Assembly (NCBI RefSeq): GCF_006345805.1
Contig: NC_043004.1
Span: 91,388,001-91,452,000 of the forward strand
DNA from: Octopus sinensis
Lineage: Eukaryota
Length of the DNA stretch: 64,000 nucleotides
Direction: 5' to 3'
Shown: positions 61,725 through 64,000 of the stretch, piece by piece
Layout: every line of letters begins with the position of its first letter
Position numbering within the stretch: position 1 is the stretch's first letter
Translations under genes and position numbers: made by a program
The notes under the pieces: model-generated
Told to the model about the DNA's origin: nothing
Databases searched by the model: none
Seen by the model: only the letters and a program-made list of their open reading frames with translations

Positions 61725-61860
61725 CTCCATATGACTTAAAGTTTTGTGGGCCTCTAATGAGCCCATCTCTGTCAGGCTTTAGATTACTGAATCAGTAATC
61801 TAAGCATGAAAGAGATGGGTTTCAGTTAGGGGCCTCCAAAACTTTAAGTCACGTGGAGCT
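61725..61860. repeat. ~136-nt imperfect hairpin/palindrome
   Basis: ctccatatgacttaaagttttg...ttagattactga-a-tcagtaatctaa...caaaactttaagtcacgtggag. Confidence 0.85.
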
Positions 61861-61937
61861 GAATCAAACTAATTGAAATATTACATGTAACTCCTACTGA
61901 ATGTGTTGAGTGCCCTTTTCTTTCATTTGTTCACTCA

Positions 61938-61986
<49 letters not shown>

Positions 61987-61997
61987 TCACTCACTCA

Positions 61998-62038
<41 letters not shown>

Positions 62039-62065
62039 TCACTCACTCACTCACTCACTCACACA

Positions 62066-62096
<31 letters not shown>

Positions 62097-62325
62097 CACA
62101 ACAATGTAGCTACACATGTATTTTTGGTGCATTTCTTTCCCTTCTTCAGATTTTTTCCCTTTCTCCTTTCCGACAAAGAGCTACGCATGAAACATCAAAC
62201 TCTCTTTTCACCAAGCATCAAGCTAATACATCCCTTGTGCCCTCCCTCTAGTTGTCTGTTAATTTTATTATATATTTATTTATTTGAAATGATTGCTTTT
62301 TTTTTTTTGGGGGAATACCAACAAC

Positions 62326-63337
62326 AACAAGAGCACTCAGAGAATGGAAACCTCTGCCAAAGCAACACCAACGTCCTCTCAATGATTAGCCAGAGATGAT
62401 TTTTAAAATGAGAATATCTGAAATAAACTCGACTGCTCTCACAAATGAGAATACTAAGAATGAACCTGACCGCCCTCAAAAGTTAAGTAAAAAAAACAGA
62501 AAAATAATCCAGAATCCTTGTCTGGTACCTGACTCAATGTCAAGGTGGGTGTGTGGGCCATGTTTGTAATGCTGTGCGTGGGTCGTCTGCAGTGGGAACA
62601 GGGACAGTTCTCTCTATGAAGGCCCTTTTTAGTCTATCCACTGATGTGTCTTTATGACCATTAAAGTCTACAGTGAAAATTTTATCCATGCATGAATGAA
62701 TATGGAAAGAACCAGTGCTGTTAACGGAGGTTGAACAACATCATTGCACACAAAAACGTGAGTCCAAGAAGTAAAGCTTCCTTCAAGAGCTAGAAATGCA
62801 ATTGTCAAGTAGGTAAGAGGTTTTAAGCAAGAGTGATATACTAAAAATTGGTAAAACTAAAAATTGTTGAGGATAAATTAAATTCATTACTGTTATTAAA
62901 TATGTTAGTGGTTATTTAATTTCTGAATGGTTTTGCTGCCTTTTGTTTATGTAGTTTGATTTCTTTATCCATCAATTTCTACTAAGATTGAGACGCGAGT
63001 AAAATTAATAATAGAGAAGTGAAATTAAACTTTGGAAACAGCCATAACTTATGTTGAAACCATGAGTGTGCTGTCAAGGGAAATAATCAGAGAAAGACTT
63101 GAAGGTCAACTTAAGACCATAATTCTTCATGTAAAGTAAATATAATGAATAATCCAGAATGCTTGTCCAGTACCGAATTGATCCCAAAACCTAATCAGTT
63201 CATGCCAGTCACAAGGCCAAACATCTTTGGAAGTTTCATCCAAATTTATCTAGTGGGTTCTTGAGATATTTTGCCCACAGACAAACAAACAAGCACAACT
63301 GAAAATAATACCTCTGCCTTTTCTAAGGGGGAGGTAA
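62326..63337 (+). mobile_element. Helentron-associated (HINE-like) non-autonomous element
   Basis: Starts AACAAGAGCACTCAGAG; 5' subterminal ACCTCTGCC (62350-58); 3' acagacaaacaaac then hairpin ACCTCTGCCTT-ttct-AAGGGGGAGGT-AA. Confidence 0.55.
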
Positions 63338-63372
63338 GAGTAATAATATTAATGATAATAATAATAATAAAG

Positions 63373-63419
<47 letters not shown>

Positions 63420-63634
63420 GACAATGGTTTCAAATTTCAGTACAGGGCCAGCAATTTTGAGTGAGGGGATAAGTTGATTACCACAACCCCAGTGTTCAAC
63501 TGGTACTTAATTTATCGGCCCCGAAAGGATGAAGGGAAAAAACAGACCCTGGCACAATTTGAACTTAGAACCTAAAGAAGGATGAAATTCTGCTACGCAT
63601 TTTGCATGCTAACAATTCTGCTAGCACGCCACTC

Positions 63635-63672
63635 TAATAATAATAGCAATAATAATAATAACAATAATAATG

Positions 63673-63714
<42 letters not shown>

Positions 63715-63741
63715 GCAATAATAATAATAACAATAATAATG

Positions 63742-63790
<49 letters not shown>
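63635..63790. repeat. (AAT)n microsatellite
   Basis: Direct inspection. Confidence 0.95.
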
Positions 63791-63791
<1 letters not shown>

Positions 63792-63956
63792 GATGATGGA
63801 TTCTCCTGTCGAAAACGATGTATGACTGTTCAGCATTTTGCCGATCAATCTGCATAAATGATTTGTTTATAGTGGTTAAATGTTCATGCTGCACAATAAT
63901 AAGACTACTACTACTACTACTACTGCTACTGCTGCTGCTACTACTACTACTACTTA

Positions 63957-63994
<38 letters not shown>

Positions 63995-64000
63995 ACTACT

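Noticed and set aside
7628-63894. Many ORF-track entries rich in YI/HT/CV/SL/N/I repeats
   Set aside because: They are translations of (TA)n, (CA)n, (GA)n, (GATA)n and (AAT)n microsatellites or of SINEs, not genes.

Overview
AT-rich, microsatellite- and SINE-dense animal DNA, very probably octopus (inferred from the Kv1 peptide and the SINE families). The only host coding sequence I recognise is a minus-strand exon at 1-409 encoding the N-terminus and T1 tetramerisation domain of a Shaker-type Kv1.1 channel. The ORF track misses it because it runs off the window edge. It is preceded by a clear 3' splice site, so the remaining ~63.6 kb is intron and/or upstream sequence; I could not locate the first coding exon. 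That region holds several tRNA-derived SINE families, LINE fragments (RTE, CR1-like, Tx1/L1-like, R4/Dong-like), Penelope-like element (PLE) GIY-YIG remnants, mariner/Tc1/pogo/hAT/piggyBac-type MITEs and Helentron-like elements. The most striking unexplained pattern is about a dozen hammerhead-ribozyme (HHR)-like motifs from at least six unrelated sequence families, mostly in (TA)n-flanked PLE-related elements. Many are folded back into long hairpins, including a 76-bp near-perfect stem about 1.05 kb from the Kv1.1 splice acceptor. The motifs with canonical cores are all antisense to Kv1.1, while those on the pre-mRNA strand have core variants or are hairpin-locked. There are also several long inverted repeats (up to ~500-bp arms) that could form dsRNA in a gene known for heavy A-to-I editing. 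All calls are by eye; coordinates of degenerate repeats are approximate and repeat family labels (A-E, H1, H2) are my own working names.
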